This document shows, piece by piece, positions 1-12,800 of a stretch of 64,000 nucleotides of DNA (positions are counted from its first letter, which is position 1; each line of letters opens with the position of its first letter). The stretch spans positions 10,468,873 to 10,532,872 of the forward strand of contig MU053881.1 of the NCBI GenBank assembly GCA_013239625.1. Reading direction: 5' to 3'. A program made the translations under genes and the position numbers. The stretch comes from Lama guanicoe (Eukaryota). A model generated the notes under the pieces. It made no database searches and was not told the DNA's origin. It worked only from the letters and a program-made list of their open reading frames with translations.

Positions 1-78
1 AAACATGTTATAATTTTATAATATTATATAATAATTTTGTCAATTATAGGTTCAATAAAGTTGAAAAGAAGAAAAAGG
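1..78 (+). mobile_element. 3' terminus of an old L1 (truncated by window edge)
   Basis: 'gtcaattataggttcaataaag' followed by an A-rich tail, typical of L1M 3' ends. Confidence 0.45.
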
Positions 79-464
79 ACAGAATTCTTCTATTTACGAA
101 TAATATATAAGCTAATTTATTTTACAGATGTAAAGATACCAAACAGGGAATCACAATTAGAGCCAGGATAACCAGAACTGGGTCCTCCATCACAAAGCAC
201 AGACACACACACAAACAAATATTTTAAAGTTATTCTCTACAATTTTGTGTTTGTGGTTGCTGGGTTTTTTTTGTTTTGTTTTTGTTTGGTCCCAACTACT
301 CTGCAACCCTTAGGGACAATGATTTCCTCCCTTCCTTGGGGAGGTGGCAGAGTTAGCAACAGAACCCAGATCTACTGTATTTCCAGTCTAGTATTCCAAC
401 TTAGTACAGTAATGAAAGTATTAGCTTTGAAGTGATATTGACCTGTTAGATTCCTGCTGGTGCA

Positions 465-635
465 ACCTACATGTGTGTGGCCCTGGAATAAATTAGTCTC
501 TAAATATTAATCTTGCCATCTGTAACATGGAAATAATTAAAGTGCCCGATTCACACTCTTCTTATGAGAAGGAAATGAGACAGTGTGGGGAAAGTGAATA
601 GCCCATGGCCTGGCAGGTGAGGTGGTGACACAGCT
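465..635 (+). mobile_element. MIR SINE fragment
   Basis: core-like 'catctgtaacatggaaataattaaagtgcc...tgagaaggaaatgaga...gcctggca'. Confidence 0.6.
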
Positions 636-744
636 CATTAAAAAAACGGCTCTAAGGATATCAAACCATGCCTTGTAGCCTCTCTATGGGGGACTGAAGA
701 TTTACTGCCATGGGCTTCCCAACAGTGCTGTCTACAACGTTCTG

Positions 745-992
745 ACAGTAGAGCTATCGTATAAGCTGAGTGGCTATGAGCCATCGATCCCACTTTTGGT
801 TATGTACCCAAGAGAAATAAAACCATTCTCTCAAACAGGAACTCCCATGCTCAGTACAGTATTATTCACAATTGCCAAGATATGGAAACAATCAAAGGAT
901 CTGTCAAGAGAGGAATGGATCGAGAAAATGTGGAAATATATACAATGGAATATTATTCATCTTTTAAAAAAGAAGGAAATCCTGTCATTCGC
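745..992 (+). mobile_element. L1 ORF2 C-terminal fragment (decayed)
   Basis: ORF-track peptides 'LFTIAKIWKQ..EWIEKMW' and 'IYTMEYYSSFKK' match the L1 ORF2 C-terminus across a frameshift. Confidence 0.85.
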
Positions 993-1760
993 AATTGCAT
1001 CAACTTCAACAGCACGGCGTTTTTCGTGTGTCAGTCCTTTCCCAGGCTGACCCCACCCTGCTCTTTCAGTCCTTTTCCCGTTTTTTGCCCCAACAAGGAC
1101 TTCACACTGGTGACAGTTACTGACACAGAAGGTTTCTGAGAACTCTAATTAAAATTTTCTTCCATGATAATTCTTGCTCTCACTTTTCTGTCCATTTTCC
1201 ATCTGCCTTTTTGCCGGTGCCACTCAACGGATGCTCTCCAAGACCATTCTATTACTGGAGCATTCTTCATAAATCTTTAAAAAATTTTTTTGGCACGCAC
1301 CCTGACCCGATCCAATTTGCGACTCTACCCACATCAAAGTTAATCTCCTACAAAGCCTCAATAATCTGCATGAAACGCATTAGAAAAAGACATCTCCCCT
1401 GGGCCATGGCTGGCCTTCCCAAGCAGAGCTTGGTCACAAGAGTACTTATTCGTGCAAATTCGTAAAAGGCTGCTCTCTGCAGAACAACAGAGCTCCAGAA
1501 AAGGAGGCAGAGTGGGCTAGACCGCAGCTCCCACTGGCTCTTACAAGAAAGCTTAGCTGTCCAGATTCTTTTATCAGTCCCCCTTTGGGGTCAGATGGGT
1601 TTCAGAATTCTTTACATTTCAGAAAGGTAATTGGGTGCATTTTTTGTTGATCTGGCAGTGTTAGGGGTAACATTCCGTAATCAAACACATTAAGACTTCG
1701 TCAGCAAATCTGTGAATAGTCACGTCATCAAGGATAAAACAAATTATCAATGGCCTCATT

Positions 1761-1895
1761 TCAGATCAGGGCAGGTTTGTCTGCAAATGTGAGACCAGAC
1801 CAAATGTGAAATTTCCTTGTTAAATTTATATTCTGGCAAGAGTTAACCTAAGCTAACCTGAACTCACATTTGGTGGCAAACCTGGCTGGATCTGA
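1761..1895. repeat. Imperfect inverted repeat with 33-bp arms; possible ancient MITE-like element
   Basis: 1761-1793 pairs with 1863-1895 at 29 of 33 positions (two G-U), spacer 69 nt. Confidence 0.8.
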
Positions 1896-2033
1896 CATCA
1901 AGCTATTTTATAGTTATCAGTTAATCCATAAACTTCTTGAGAATGAGATTTGTAATTTATCTGCTTTTGTATGTCCTCTGGCACCTACTGCTGAATTTCC
2001 AAGTAGTAGTTCTCAATATATTTGCTGAATTGA

Positions 2034-2037
2034 ACAC

Positions 2038-2072
<35 letters not shown>
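2034..2072. repeat. (CA)n(CG)n(CA)n microsatellite
   Basis: read directly; continuous purine-pyrimidine alternation. Confidence 0.95.
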
Positions 2073-3164
2073 TCAAGATGAGTAATATTTTAAAAACAAG
2101 AGAAGGAAGACAACTAAATCTTAATTATCACAGACTAGCAAATAAGTCAAAACATTTGTATTTCTCTTCTCCTCTTGGCTGCCATCCCCCTAGGATGTAT
2201 GCTGGTAGCTTAGTAAATGAAACCTGCATTCGTTACTTTTCCCCAGCAGAAATTCACATGCTAGATGCAGAAGCCAGTGCCTGTTTGTTTTGCTTCGTTA
2301 TCCTAATGAATAAGATAAGACTTTCAGAGATTTGTCACTGCATCACAGACACTGAAGCATTTTACTCAATTTTTAAAAAATGTTGATATATGTGCATATA
2401 AATAAGTACAAAGAATGATTAATTCAGGCAAACTGAATTAAACCTAGTTAACCCAGACTTAATTTACTCATATTGATATTTTACCTTTGTTACATAAAAA
2501 TGTGCTTTATATAAGAAATCATTACCATTGCACTAGAATTGATCTATTATATGTGGAAGGGAGTATGCTGCTTGGAGTTATGAATTAAATAAATCTACAC
2601 AACTTTCTTTCTGGAGAGACAGCAAAATGCCCCTTCTTAATCCTTGAGGATGAAACATTACTATAAAAAAGTGGGGCTATTTTGAGAAGTAGAGCAGAAA
2701 CTTCTGCCTGATGATACAATCAAAACCTCCCAGTATCTAGGTAACAGAAAATCCATACATGCTTATTGTTACTCATCTGATGATACATAAATAGAGATGC
2801 ATAGCCTTAACCCTCAACCTCTATATCCTCTTCACCACAGAGGGTTCTTTTCTTCCAAACAAGTTTTGAATTAAGGGAAAAGTCACAGTAAAAATAAAAT
2901 AATATGTATGAATAATTAATATATGAAAATAGTCCTATACTAAAATGATCACAAAGAGCAAATTAAGATAGTATCAACCATTAATTAAGCACCACTTAAG
3001 GAAATTGCCTGGAATTCCTTTTCCTGTCAATTGTTCCAGCTTTTTCTTTTTACTGTGGAATATCTAAGATTTCACCAAATGAAAACATCTTACATGTCTG
3101 GCTGTAGAACCAATAACAGGTTGTTTCGTAGAAAAGATTACTGGTAATCTGAAAGATCACATTT

Positions 3165-3480
3165 GCCTTACTCTAGGCTCTAAAGTAGAGTCTGAGATAG
3201 GGCTTTGGGTTCTGCTAGCTTATCAGGGAAGTGGTCAGGCAGCCAGAATAAGAAATGGACAGAGGGTTAAACCAGTAGAGTAAACGTACTGAGCTGGGTA
3301 CCATTATGGACACATTGGGCTCGATCCCACTGTAAAGCCTTGGAGTTACTCGTAGACTGCATGGATGTCCTACCAAAGTCATTTCTCTACTGACTTACTT
3401 ATTCCATTGGTTGAATGGTACCCTTAGGGAATTAACTTAAGCTTGTGCTACATTTGCGCTTGGGCTGGTCAAGAGATAGG
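3165..3480 (-). mobile_element. ERVL LTR fragment, LTR16/LTR33-like
   Basis: 'aagtagagtctgagatagggctttggg..tagcttatcagggaagtg' and 'gggctcgatcccactg' resemble the antisense LTR16 consensus. Confidence 0.5.
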
Positions 3481-4129
3481 AGGAAAATCCATGTCGATCA
3501 AGACTCTTGGCTATTTAAAAGAATGGGATTTGTAATTTGTTAATAGAGTTACTGAAGCATAGAGTCACAGGTTTGGGCCCTTCCACTCGTAAACACATGG
3601 CTTGTTTACTTCTTTCCATGATAAGTCATACAAATTGTTTTTTGAGAATGGAATGATTACCACGCTCTAAAAACACTACACACATATGCACTTACATATG
3701 TATACGTATAATATATATATGTGTGTGTGTGTGTATATATTTTTTTTTCCTGTGAAATTATGCATCTATTTTCTGACATTTACACTGAGGCATACAAGAA
3801 GCTCCTCTCAACACTTCAAAATGAAACTGAAACTTTCTTAAGTGATGCCACAAAAGAGGGCTCATGTACCTCCCCGGGTCAGCAATGATCAGATGATGCT
3901 CACTAACTTCTTTTGCCTTCCCCTACCCGTAACCCAAGATGAACTTTTGAAATTAAAAAAAAAAAAAAAAAGATAACCCCATCAGCAGAGGGCTCAGAGT
4001 CCGATAAGGGCAATAAAGAAGTTTTACTAAATATCGAGTAGAAAATAAATAATGATTTGTTAGATAATAAATTTGACGGATATCTGGCAAGAAGACAGAC
4101 AGTCCTAATCTTTGTACAACAATTACCTA

Positions 4130-4460
4130 TGGAAGGGACTACTGAATGATTTAGTAAGGATTTGAAGGACTCGAGTGGCACAATTAGACTGGTATTTCAG
4201 GGAGACTGCTTGGGTGAGTTTAAGGAGAATGTACTAGGAGCATGTGAAGCTGAAGGCAGGGAGATGAGAGAGGAGGTGAGCATAGAAAAACAGGCAGGAA
4301 GGCTCAAGATAAGAGGCAGGCGATGTCAGCAGAATAGACGGGAGGAGAAAGATTTCAGGACTATTAAAGCAGTATAATGAGACACAGAGCGACTGAGTGA
4401 ATGTCGTGAATAAGAGAGAAAGGAGCCTTTCTGTGGCTTCCTGGTTTCTGCTTGGGTGGC
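4130..4460 (-). mobile_element. L2 LINE fragment
   Basis: purine-rich tract with L2-like antisense motifs ('gaaggcagggagatgagagaggagg', 'ggtttctgcttggg'). Confidence 0.55.
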
Positions 4461-5249
4461 GAGGTAGATGGTAAACTGGCAAAGCAGGCATCAAATCCAT
4501 CTTTTCAGGTTTCCAACCCGGCACACTTCCTATTAAAGCAAGACTTATTGTCCAGTTTTCAAAACAAAAGGAATGCATGCAATTTCTTCTTTCAAAATTG
4601 CTTTTCAGCTTTTTGTTTTCTGCTTGTTTTTCAAAAAAAAAAAATCTCAAGGAGACCCACAGGTAGCCTTCTAATTACCTTAATTCACTTCATATGTAGA
4701 TAGATTAATATACTTGAATTTATTGCCTGTTAAGGGACTGCTTGTCTAGCCAGCCAATAAAAGCAGCACTGGGACTCCGTGTATGTCTCCCAGTATTATA
4801 TTATAGCAACTGACAATAATAACAGTAATAATTATCCAATTTCAAGATGGAGAAGTGCCTTTGACCTCTATTTGATCCCCCTGGTCTATCTAAGTCTGAT
4901 TCAGCATTGATTTCTTTCCCAAGGAAGTTGCTATAATCATGTTATGGCTGATTTATTACAATATGCTCGCTGGCTAGTAATTTCTCATCTTGAACTTGCT
5001 TCTCTCAGTGTTTTGCCCCACAAAGAGACATATTGAAATGTTCTTTTTTTTTTTTTTTTCCAAAGCAGGGCACATTCTGCAAGTGTTCTTCCATATTTCT
5101 CTCAGTGGGTGGTGTTAAGTGACCTACGTTCCTTGAGAACCATCCTGACTGCACTATATATGTTGGCAGGGCAGAAATCAAACACAAATAAAATGAACAA
5201 AGTTTTCCACAGGAAATCTCATTTAGAATGCAAATACGGTAATAGAGAA

Positions 5250-5430
5250 AGAACATATGCTCAGAAATTGCTAGGTTTAGGTTCTAGATTCTTTCACTAA
5301 ATATTTTTGTGATTTGGAGCAAGTCGCTTAATCATTTTGAATTTTGGTGTCTTTGCTTGTAAAGTACACATTGTTGAACCCATCCTGTATACACAAATTT
5401 TAAGCATATCCAAAAACTGTGATAATAAAT
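5250..5430 (+). mobile_element. MIR fragment
   Basis: 'tgtgatttggagcaagtcgcttaatc...tgcttgtaaa' MIR core. Confidence 0.55.
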
Positions 5431-5574
5431 GTAATGGAAAAAAAATGACTATACCTTAGTGGAGGGTTCAAGTCCATTAGTAGATTAGTAAGGATTTATT
5501 CATCATTCAAGAAGGGTAAGATTTCACTTTAGGTAAATTTTAAAGGAAAAATACCTTTAAAATTATCCTGTGCT

Positions 5575-5710
5575 AAAACCGTTACTTTACAAACAACAAA
5601 ACTGAAGGTCAGAGAGATGAAGTAATGTGACCACAATTCACATAGCTTATGAGCTCCTCCTTCAAGGGACTTCAAGTCTTATAATTCCTAATCCAAATCT
5701 TTTAATTCCT
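5575..5710 (-). mobile_element. MIR fragment
   Basis: 'aaaactgaaggtcagagagatgaagtaa...cacatagct' antisense MIR core. Confidence 0.55.
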
Positions 5711-5829
5711 CCCCCCAAAAATGAGCAGTTGCTGGAACAAGGCCATTAACAAGGAAATTAACCAGGAGAGATCAGGTATTGTTGTGCCAACAGATTCCAG
5801 ACTTTGATTCAACACTTTTTTTTCCTCCC

Positions 5830-6070
5830 ATTCCTGCTTCATGTCTGCTGTGGGTTGCTAGGCGTTCTGCTCTGTATCTCCATCTTTGCCGGTCAGCATG
5901 ACAAAGCGTGAGAGAAAGGAGCAAAGCTCATAGTGGGTCTTAAACCACCTCCTGCGAGTGACAACTCACTGTTGTCACATCTCATTGACTAAGCAAGTCA
6001 CATGGCCACATCTAACTCCAAAGGAGATGGGAAAGTTAAATTCTACCATATGCCCAGAGAATGTAATGTA
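5830..6070 (-). mobile_element. MaLR LTR fragment (MLT1J/K-like)
   Basis: 'cacatctcattgactaagcaagtcacatggccacatctaactccaaagg..gggaaag..aattctaccatatgcccaga'. Confidence 0.65.
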
Positions 6071-6314
6071 TTTAAATGAATATAAATAATAAGTAATACC
6101 ATAGCATGTTTAGCAAGTGAAGAAAATGGAAAATTTAGGTTTATTCCCTAAATTAGGCAGAGAATTTAGAGAATGTTCTTCTAGAGTTTGACTTATAAAG
6201 CCCAATTCTCTTATAATTTGTCTCAGAATCTCTGACATAAGTCAAATCTTCAAGGACAACAGGTATGTACTTCTCAAAATTGAACCGTCAGTGTCTAAAG
6301 CTTACCTCACATAT

Positions 6315-6640
6315 CAGTGGTCTGCTGGCCAAATTCGTTCAGTCAATGAGTTATTTGGCCCACATGGTCCGCATGGCGCTTAAAAAAATATATTGAATTA
6401 TTTGCCGATATTTTTTAACTGAAGATTTCACGTAAAAAAAAAATTGGTTTTTAGTTTCCTCTAAAAATTAAGAGGGCTGGTAGAAACTGACAATCATCCC
6501 TCCATGGGAAAAGCTGGCCAGACTGACTGACATTATTACCCTGGGTAGCTGGGTCAACAGCTGCCCAGTTTGTCACAGACCTCGCAACTTTCTATTTTCT
6601 AACATCTGGATCGTGTCACTTCTTTCATGTGAATGACCTG
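6315..6640 (+). mobile_element. hAT-Charlie non-autonomous DNA transposon, MER102-like
   Basis: 'tttggcccaca', 'gatttcacgtaaaaa', 'cagtttgtcacag' occur in the order of the recalled MER102 consensus. Confidence 0.6.
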
Positions 6641-7303
6641 TCAGAAACGGCTAACGGTGCATCAAAATGTATTGTCCCCTTCTTTGGGCTAAATGCTAGC
6701 TTGTATTTCTCAGTTTTCTTTGCACTGTGGGAACATGATTCAGTCCCCTCCAGTGCGATGTGAGGGGAAGTAAAGTGAGCCAATTCCAGACCTGGCCTGT
6801 AACTCATTTTCTCCCATATCTGGTATGTTGCTGAACACCTACTCTGATCTGTTACAAGGGTGAAAAAAAAAAAGAAAGTGTGTTCAACCTCTGAAATTTT
6901 GAGGTCTACTTGTTACAATAGCTTACTCTGACTAATACATGAGTATGCAGGTATCTGAGTGTGCGCTCACAATAAACCATATAAGCAGATTCTTGAATAT
7001 GATATTCTTGAAAACTTTCAGGGACGAAATCATTTCAGCTTCATTTAGCTGGGGCAGAGGGGCAGAAGTGAGGAATTCCAGGTAGAGAGAAAACCGAAAG
7101 AAGGAAAAACAAGAGATACGAGAATACACACATGGATGGTTTGAGAAACACTAGTTGAATCAGTTTAGCTGCATTTTAGAAGAGGAGTACAAAAAAAAAA
7201 AGCACAATTTTAGAGGGATGAGAATTCCAGGCTAAAAAAAAAAAAGTAGGCAAAACTGTAGAGGAAGAATCAGTAAATTTTTTTGAGAACAAGAGTGATA
7301 TTA

Positions 7304-7434
7304 GAGGGTAGACTATAGCTAAAGTGGTAGAGTGCATGCTTAGCATGCATGAGGTCCTGTGTTCAATCCAGGTACCTTCTTTAAGAACAAACAAATAAAT
7401 AAAGACCTAATAACCTCCCCTCAACGACAACAAA
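7304..7434 (+). mobile_element. tRNA-derived SINE, camelid type (Vic-1-like)
   Basis: A-box 'tagctaaagtgg', B-box 'gttcaatcc', tail 'aaataaataaagacctaataacctcccc'; TSD aagagtgatat(t/g)a at 7291-7303 and 7435-7447. Confidence 0.9.
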
Positions 7435-7791
7435 AAGAGTGATATGATTTCATACGTTTTTAGGGACACTAATTTGATAGCACTGTAAATTTTAAGTGAG
7501 TACGGAGAAAAAGATGGAGTAACTGCTATCATTTGTTGAGTGTTTGTTAATTCGAAGGTCCTAGACAAATCACTTTCTGTGCCTTGTCTCAATGAAAGTA
7601 ATAGTATAAATAGGACTTCCAATTTACTTAAACTTTATTGAGATGCTACTTAGCATGAAAAAGGTGCTGGAAGAGTAAAGCATTACTCTTAACTACCAAA
7701 GAATTTCTATAAAGTCTAGGGGTAATTGAAGATTTGAGCCAGAGACAATGGTCAGATCGCTACTGTGTCTTTTTCCACAAAAAAAGAGATT

Positions 7792-8317
7792 GTGGTGACT
7801 GTTTTTTTTTTTAAGATGGTCCTTGATGAATTAAGCCTCCCAGAATTTATGTTTTTGTGTAGTCCCTTTGTTCACTGAACCTTGGTTAGCCTAGACTGAG
7901 GGTTATCAGAATTCAGCCTATGCTTGTATGTGCCTGGCCTTTAAGAAGACTTCTCTTACCTCATGGAGAACTTACTTTGGGGAATCTCAAGATGTCATGT
8001 AAGAAGTTTCACAACAAGGTGAAGATTCCATATGGAGTGAGTGCATGAAAAGAGTGCATGGAAACAGGGAAAGGAGAACCCTTTAGGCTACATGAAGAGG
8101 GAATGAGGTCCAGCCTTCCCAGAACCCCAGGCAAACCTCTAGATGAATTCAGCCCCATTATAATCTGCTTTCTACAACATGAGAAACATCAATCAAGATC
8201 AGCTGAACAACTGCCTAACTGATACCAGACAATGTAGAATAATGAGATAATAAATGGCAATTGTTGTAAGTTTTCGAGTTTTGGAACATTTTGTTACACA
8301 GCGATAGATAACTGAAA
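7792..8317 (+). mobile_element. MaLR solo LTR (MLT1F/G/H-like)
   Basis: starts 'tgtggt', has 'tgtgtagtccct', ends 'tgagataataaatgg...ttgttacacagcgatagataactgaaa'. Confidence 0.75.
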
Positions 8318-8734
8318 GGGGGTATCTTAGGTCTGTGAGATATTAGAAAAGAAGGAATTACTTTGAACCAAAGAAACAGCCTGGCTAAAGTCATAATAAA
8401 AGGAACAAAAATAATACCAATAATGATATTATCAAGCATATTTTATTCAATCCCACAACTGCAATAGGACATTCTTATTGCCTTGTGTGTTACTACATGA
8501 ATTCAGATATAAGAAAACACAAGATGAGCACTTGAAACAAGAATATCATCATATCACTCCAATTATAGAAACATGCATTGGATCCTAATCCAATGCAGTG
8601 AGCCCATAAGGAGGGTTAAAAATTGTTCTCCAAACTGAAGCAATAAAAAAAAAAAACTCCACTGATTAACGCATTTCATCTACTCTAATTATCATCAAAG
8701 TTAGAAATGGCATTCCTTCACATATAATGAAATA

Positions 8735-8905
8735 GTCTGTTCAGACACCTGTCCAGTTACTTCAAATTCCAGCCATCCATCATCTAAATCTCTACAGAGT
8801 GGAACATGTTACTAACCCATTGTTCAAAGGCTACCTGGTTTGGTGACTTTAAACTATAATTGGTGGGCAGAGGACGTTCCTACATTGAGCTCTCATTTCA
8901 CTGCC
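8735..8905 (-). mobile_element. Possible L3/CR1 fragment
   Basis: degenerate similarity to the L3 3' region ('gttcctacattgagc'). Confidence 0.35.
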
Positions 8906-9459
8906 TAAAATAAATAAACTATATATATATGGACAGAAGGCTCCAATTCAGTTTGTTGCCAACCATCCATGAGATACAAGTGAGATGCAGTGGTGCAGGT
9001 GAGGTGACTCCTTCCACAGGGTTGACATGCAATGAGGAGCGACAGAGCCAATGCATGAACTCCATTAATCCCTTGCCTACTGATTTGGGGAGAACATAAA
9101 GGGCGGATTATTCATCCCAAGTAAAAGAAGGAAAATGAAACCAATCTGAGCAAGGCAAGCCTGGAATTCATAGTTTCAAAAGAAAATGCATCTGATTGTC
9201 TAAAAACATGATGTTAGAAGGAGCAGTGTCCAGGGAAGTCATAAACTTTCCTTATATGAATTGTCAGTTGAAGAAACACCAAGAAAAAAGAGGTGTGAGA
9301 GATTCTTCCTTATACAAGACCAACTCCTGTTAATATTACAGGATTCTGGGTATAGAAAGAAGAAATTTACTTGTACACACGCATACTGTAGGGGTGGAAA
9401 TTAGAACTATCACTTGGGTTAAACTTGGGAGGGCACTATTGAATAAAAAGGATGTAAAA

Positions 9460-9800
9460 GATTACTAATTTTTACTTATTTATTATAAAAGTAACACATG
9501 CCTGTTGTAAAATAAGGCACAGATAATCAATCATACGGAGGAAAGAAAAATCCGTAAAATAAAAGTAAATTGCTTCTATCTGCTCCCAATCATATTGTCT
9601 CTCTCCAGAGACAACTAATGTTAACAAGTATGTAACTTTTCAGACACATTTATAAACACATTCATGCAGGTATCTATACAGACATATTTTAAGTGGGGTT
9701 ATAAGACATTGTTCTTCAACTTGCTTTTATACTCATCTGCAGTGACACACACTGGACCTTTATCATTGTGAGGTCATACAGAGATAACGATTTCATAGTT
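9460..9800 (-). mobile_element. Old L1ME-type 3' fragment, apparently continuing at about 15215-15275
   Basis: 'ttataaaagtaacacatgc', 'ccagagacaactaatgttaaca', 'ttcttcaacttgctttt'; continuation 'tatcgatggacat...aaatattgctgtg'. Confidence 0.55.
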
Positions 9801-9877
9801 GGTTCATTTTTATCCCAAAGAATAGGTAAAACCAATTATTTTTATTTTTTATGTTTCTTGGCTTATTTATCCATTCA

Positions 9878-12800
9878 TTTTCCCCAGTTTTACTGAAAAT
9901 TAATTAACACATCTCACTAGATAAGTGTAAGGCATCCAGCATGATGTTTGATTTACCACAATACGTTCAGCTAACATAGATCTTCTCATACACAATTTAA
10001 AAAAAAAAAAAAGGAAAATGGAAAAAGAAAGGGAAAGACTGTCCTATGATGAGAACGTTTAGGATTTACTCTCAACAGCTTTCTTATGTATCACACAGCG
10101 GTGCTGGCTACAGACATCACATTGCACATCACATCCCTAGCACTTACTTACCTTAAAACTGGACGTTTGGACTTTTGACCACCTTCCTCCAATTTCCTCT
10201 CCTTTCCTCCCCCTCTGGTAACCTTTAGTCTGTTTTCTTTTTCTGAGTTCGGTTTTTATTTTCTTTTGTTTTTTAGATTCTACTTTAAGTAAGACTGCAC
10301 AGCTTCTTTCTCTCTCTGAATTATTTCACTTAGCATAATGCCTTCGAGGTCCGTTCATGATAAATTTTCCTCATTTTTTAAAATTGCGGGCTAATATTCC
10401 ACTCTGTATACGCACTACAACTTCTTTACTCATCCATAACCGGACATTTAGGCTGTCTTCATGTCTTGGCTATTGTGAATAATGCTACTATGAACATGGG
10501 GGTGCAGATAGCTTCTCAATGTAGTGTTTTTGTTTCCTTTGGATATATTCCCAGAAGTTGAATTGCTGGATCATAAGGTAGTTTTATATTTAATTTTATG
10601 AGGAACCTCCATACTGTTTTCCATAGTGGCTGTACCAATTTACAGTCCCACCAACACTGCACAACACTTTTCCTCCACAACCACACCAGCAGCTGCTATC
10701 TCTTGTCTTTTTGACTTGGGCCATTCTAACAGGCGTGAGGTGATACCTCATTGTGGTTTTGGTTTGCATTTCCTAATGACTAGTGATGATCATCTCTTCA
10801 TTTACCTATTGGCCTTTCATATATCTTCTTTAAAGGAATGTCTATTCAGGTCCTCTGTCCATTTTTTAATTAAGTCATTTTTTGGGTTTTGGGTTTTTTT
10901 TTTTTTTTGCTAATGAGTTGTATGAGTTCTTTTTATTTTTTTAATATGAACTCCTTATCAGATACATGGTTTGGAAATACTTTTACCATCCCGTAGGCTG
11001 CTTTTGCACTTTGTTGATGATTCATTTTGCTGAAGCTTTTTAGTTTGATGTAGTCCTCCTTGTTTATTTTTTTATTCTGTGGCTTGTGATTTAGGAGTCA
11101 TATTCAAAAGCTCATCACCAAAATCCATGTCAAGGAGTTTTATTCTTGCATTTTCTTTTAGCAGTTTTACGTATTACATTTAAGTCTTTAATCCATTTTG
11201 AGTTAATTTTTGTGAGTGGTGTAAGATATGAGTCCAGTTTCATTCTTTAGCATGTAAATACTCAATTATCTCATCACGACTCATTGGAAAGACTGCCTTT
11301 TCTCCATTGAGCACTCTTGGTTCCCTTACCAAATATTAATTGACTATAATATGCTTGGGTTTTATTTCTGGGCTCTTGATTCTGTTCCAGTGGGTTATCT
11401 GCATGTTTTTAATGCCAGTACCATACTGTTTTCATGCGTATAGCTTTATCATGTAACTTGAAATCAGGAAGTGTGATGTCTCCTGCTTTTTTCTTCTTTC
11501 TCAGAGCATTTTTGGCTATTTGGGGTCTTTTGCAGTTCCTTATAAATTTTAGGAGTATTTTTTCTACTTCTGTAAAAAAATGCCATTAGAATTTTGATAG
11601 GGATTGCATTGAATCTATAGATGGCTTTTGCTAGTATGGACATTTAACAATATTAATTCTTCCAATCCATGAACACAAGATACCTTTCCATTTATTTGTA
11701 TCTTCTTTGATTTAGTTCATCAATTTTTTGTAATTTTCAGAGTAGAGATCTTTCACTTCCTTAGCTAAATTTATTCCTAAGAATCTTATTGCTGTGAAGC
11801 TTTTGTAAATGGGATTAGTTTCTTTCTTTTTTAGAAATTTTGTTGTTGGCATATAAAAAGGCTACTGATTTTTGTATGTTCGTTTTTTATCCTGCCACTT
11901 GACTGAATTCTTTGATTAAATCTAAGTTTTTGGTTGAGTCTTTAGGATTTTTCTACATATAAAATCATGTCATCTGCAAACTGAAAAAAAACTTACTTCT
12001 TCCTTTTCAATTCTGGCAACTTCCATATATTTTTCTTGCTTGATTGCTCTAGCTAGGGCTTACTCCTATATTGAATAGGAGTGGTTAGAGCGTCAACCTT
12101 GTTCTTGATTTTAGAGAAGCTTTCAACCTTTCACCTTTAAGTATGATGTTAGCTGAGGGCTTGTCATACACAGGGTTTAGTATGTTCTTTCTATGTCCAA
12201 TTTGTTAAGAGCTTTTATCCTGAAAGGATGTTGAGTTCTGTCAAATGCTTTTTCTCCATCTAAGATTAAGATGATCATATGATTCTTTTTTTTCATTCTA
12301 CTGATGTAATGTATCACACTGATTGATTTCCTTATGTTGAACCATATTTATATCCCAGGGACAAATCCTTGATTATGGTGAACAATCCATTAAATGTGTT
12401 GCTGAATTGGGTTTGCCAAGTATTTTACTGAGAATTTTTGCGTTTGTATTCATCAGGAATATTGCCCTGTAGTTTTCTTTTTTAGTAATGTCCTTTTCTT
12501 GTTTTGGTATCAGTAGGCTGCTGACCTTATAAAATGAGTTTAAGAGTGTTCTCTTCAATTTTTTGGAAGAATATGAAGTACACTGGTGTTAATTCTTTCA
12601 ATGTTTTGTAAAACCCACTAGTGAAATCATCTGGTCTTAGGTTTTTCTTCACTAGAAGATTTTTCTTTTATTATTATTATTATTACAAATTTAATTTCCT
12701 TACTAATAATAAGTCTATTCAGATTTTCTGTTTCTTTCCAATAGTCTTGGGAAGTTGTAAGCTCTTAGGAATTTTTGCATTTCTTCTAAGTTGTCCAGTT

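Noticed and set aside
796..1139. Overlapping ORFs with protein-like sequence
   Set aside because: Frameshifted L1 ORF2 C-terminal remnants, not a host gene
1420..1700. Possible antisense ERV LTR
   Set aside because: Only a general resemblance; no termini, TSD or family could be fixed
1937..2386. Longest ORF in the track (149 aa)
   Set aside because: Non-ATG start, runs through a CA/CG microsatellite (THTRARTHTH), no recognisable domain
7304..7385. tRNA-like sequence with A and B boxes (also 26955-27035)
   Set aside because: SINE head: has SINE tail and TSD, two diverged copies, no convincing acceptor stem
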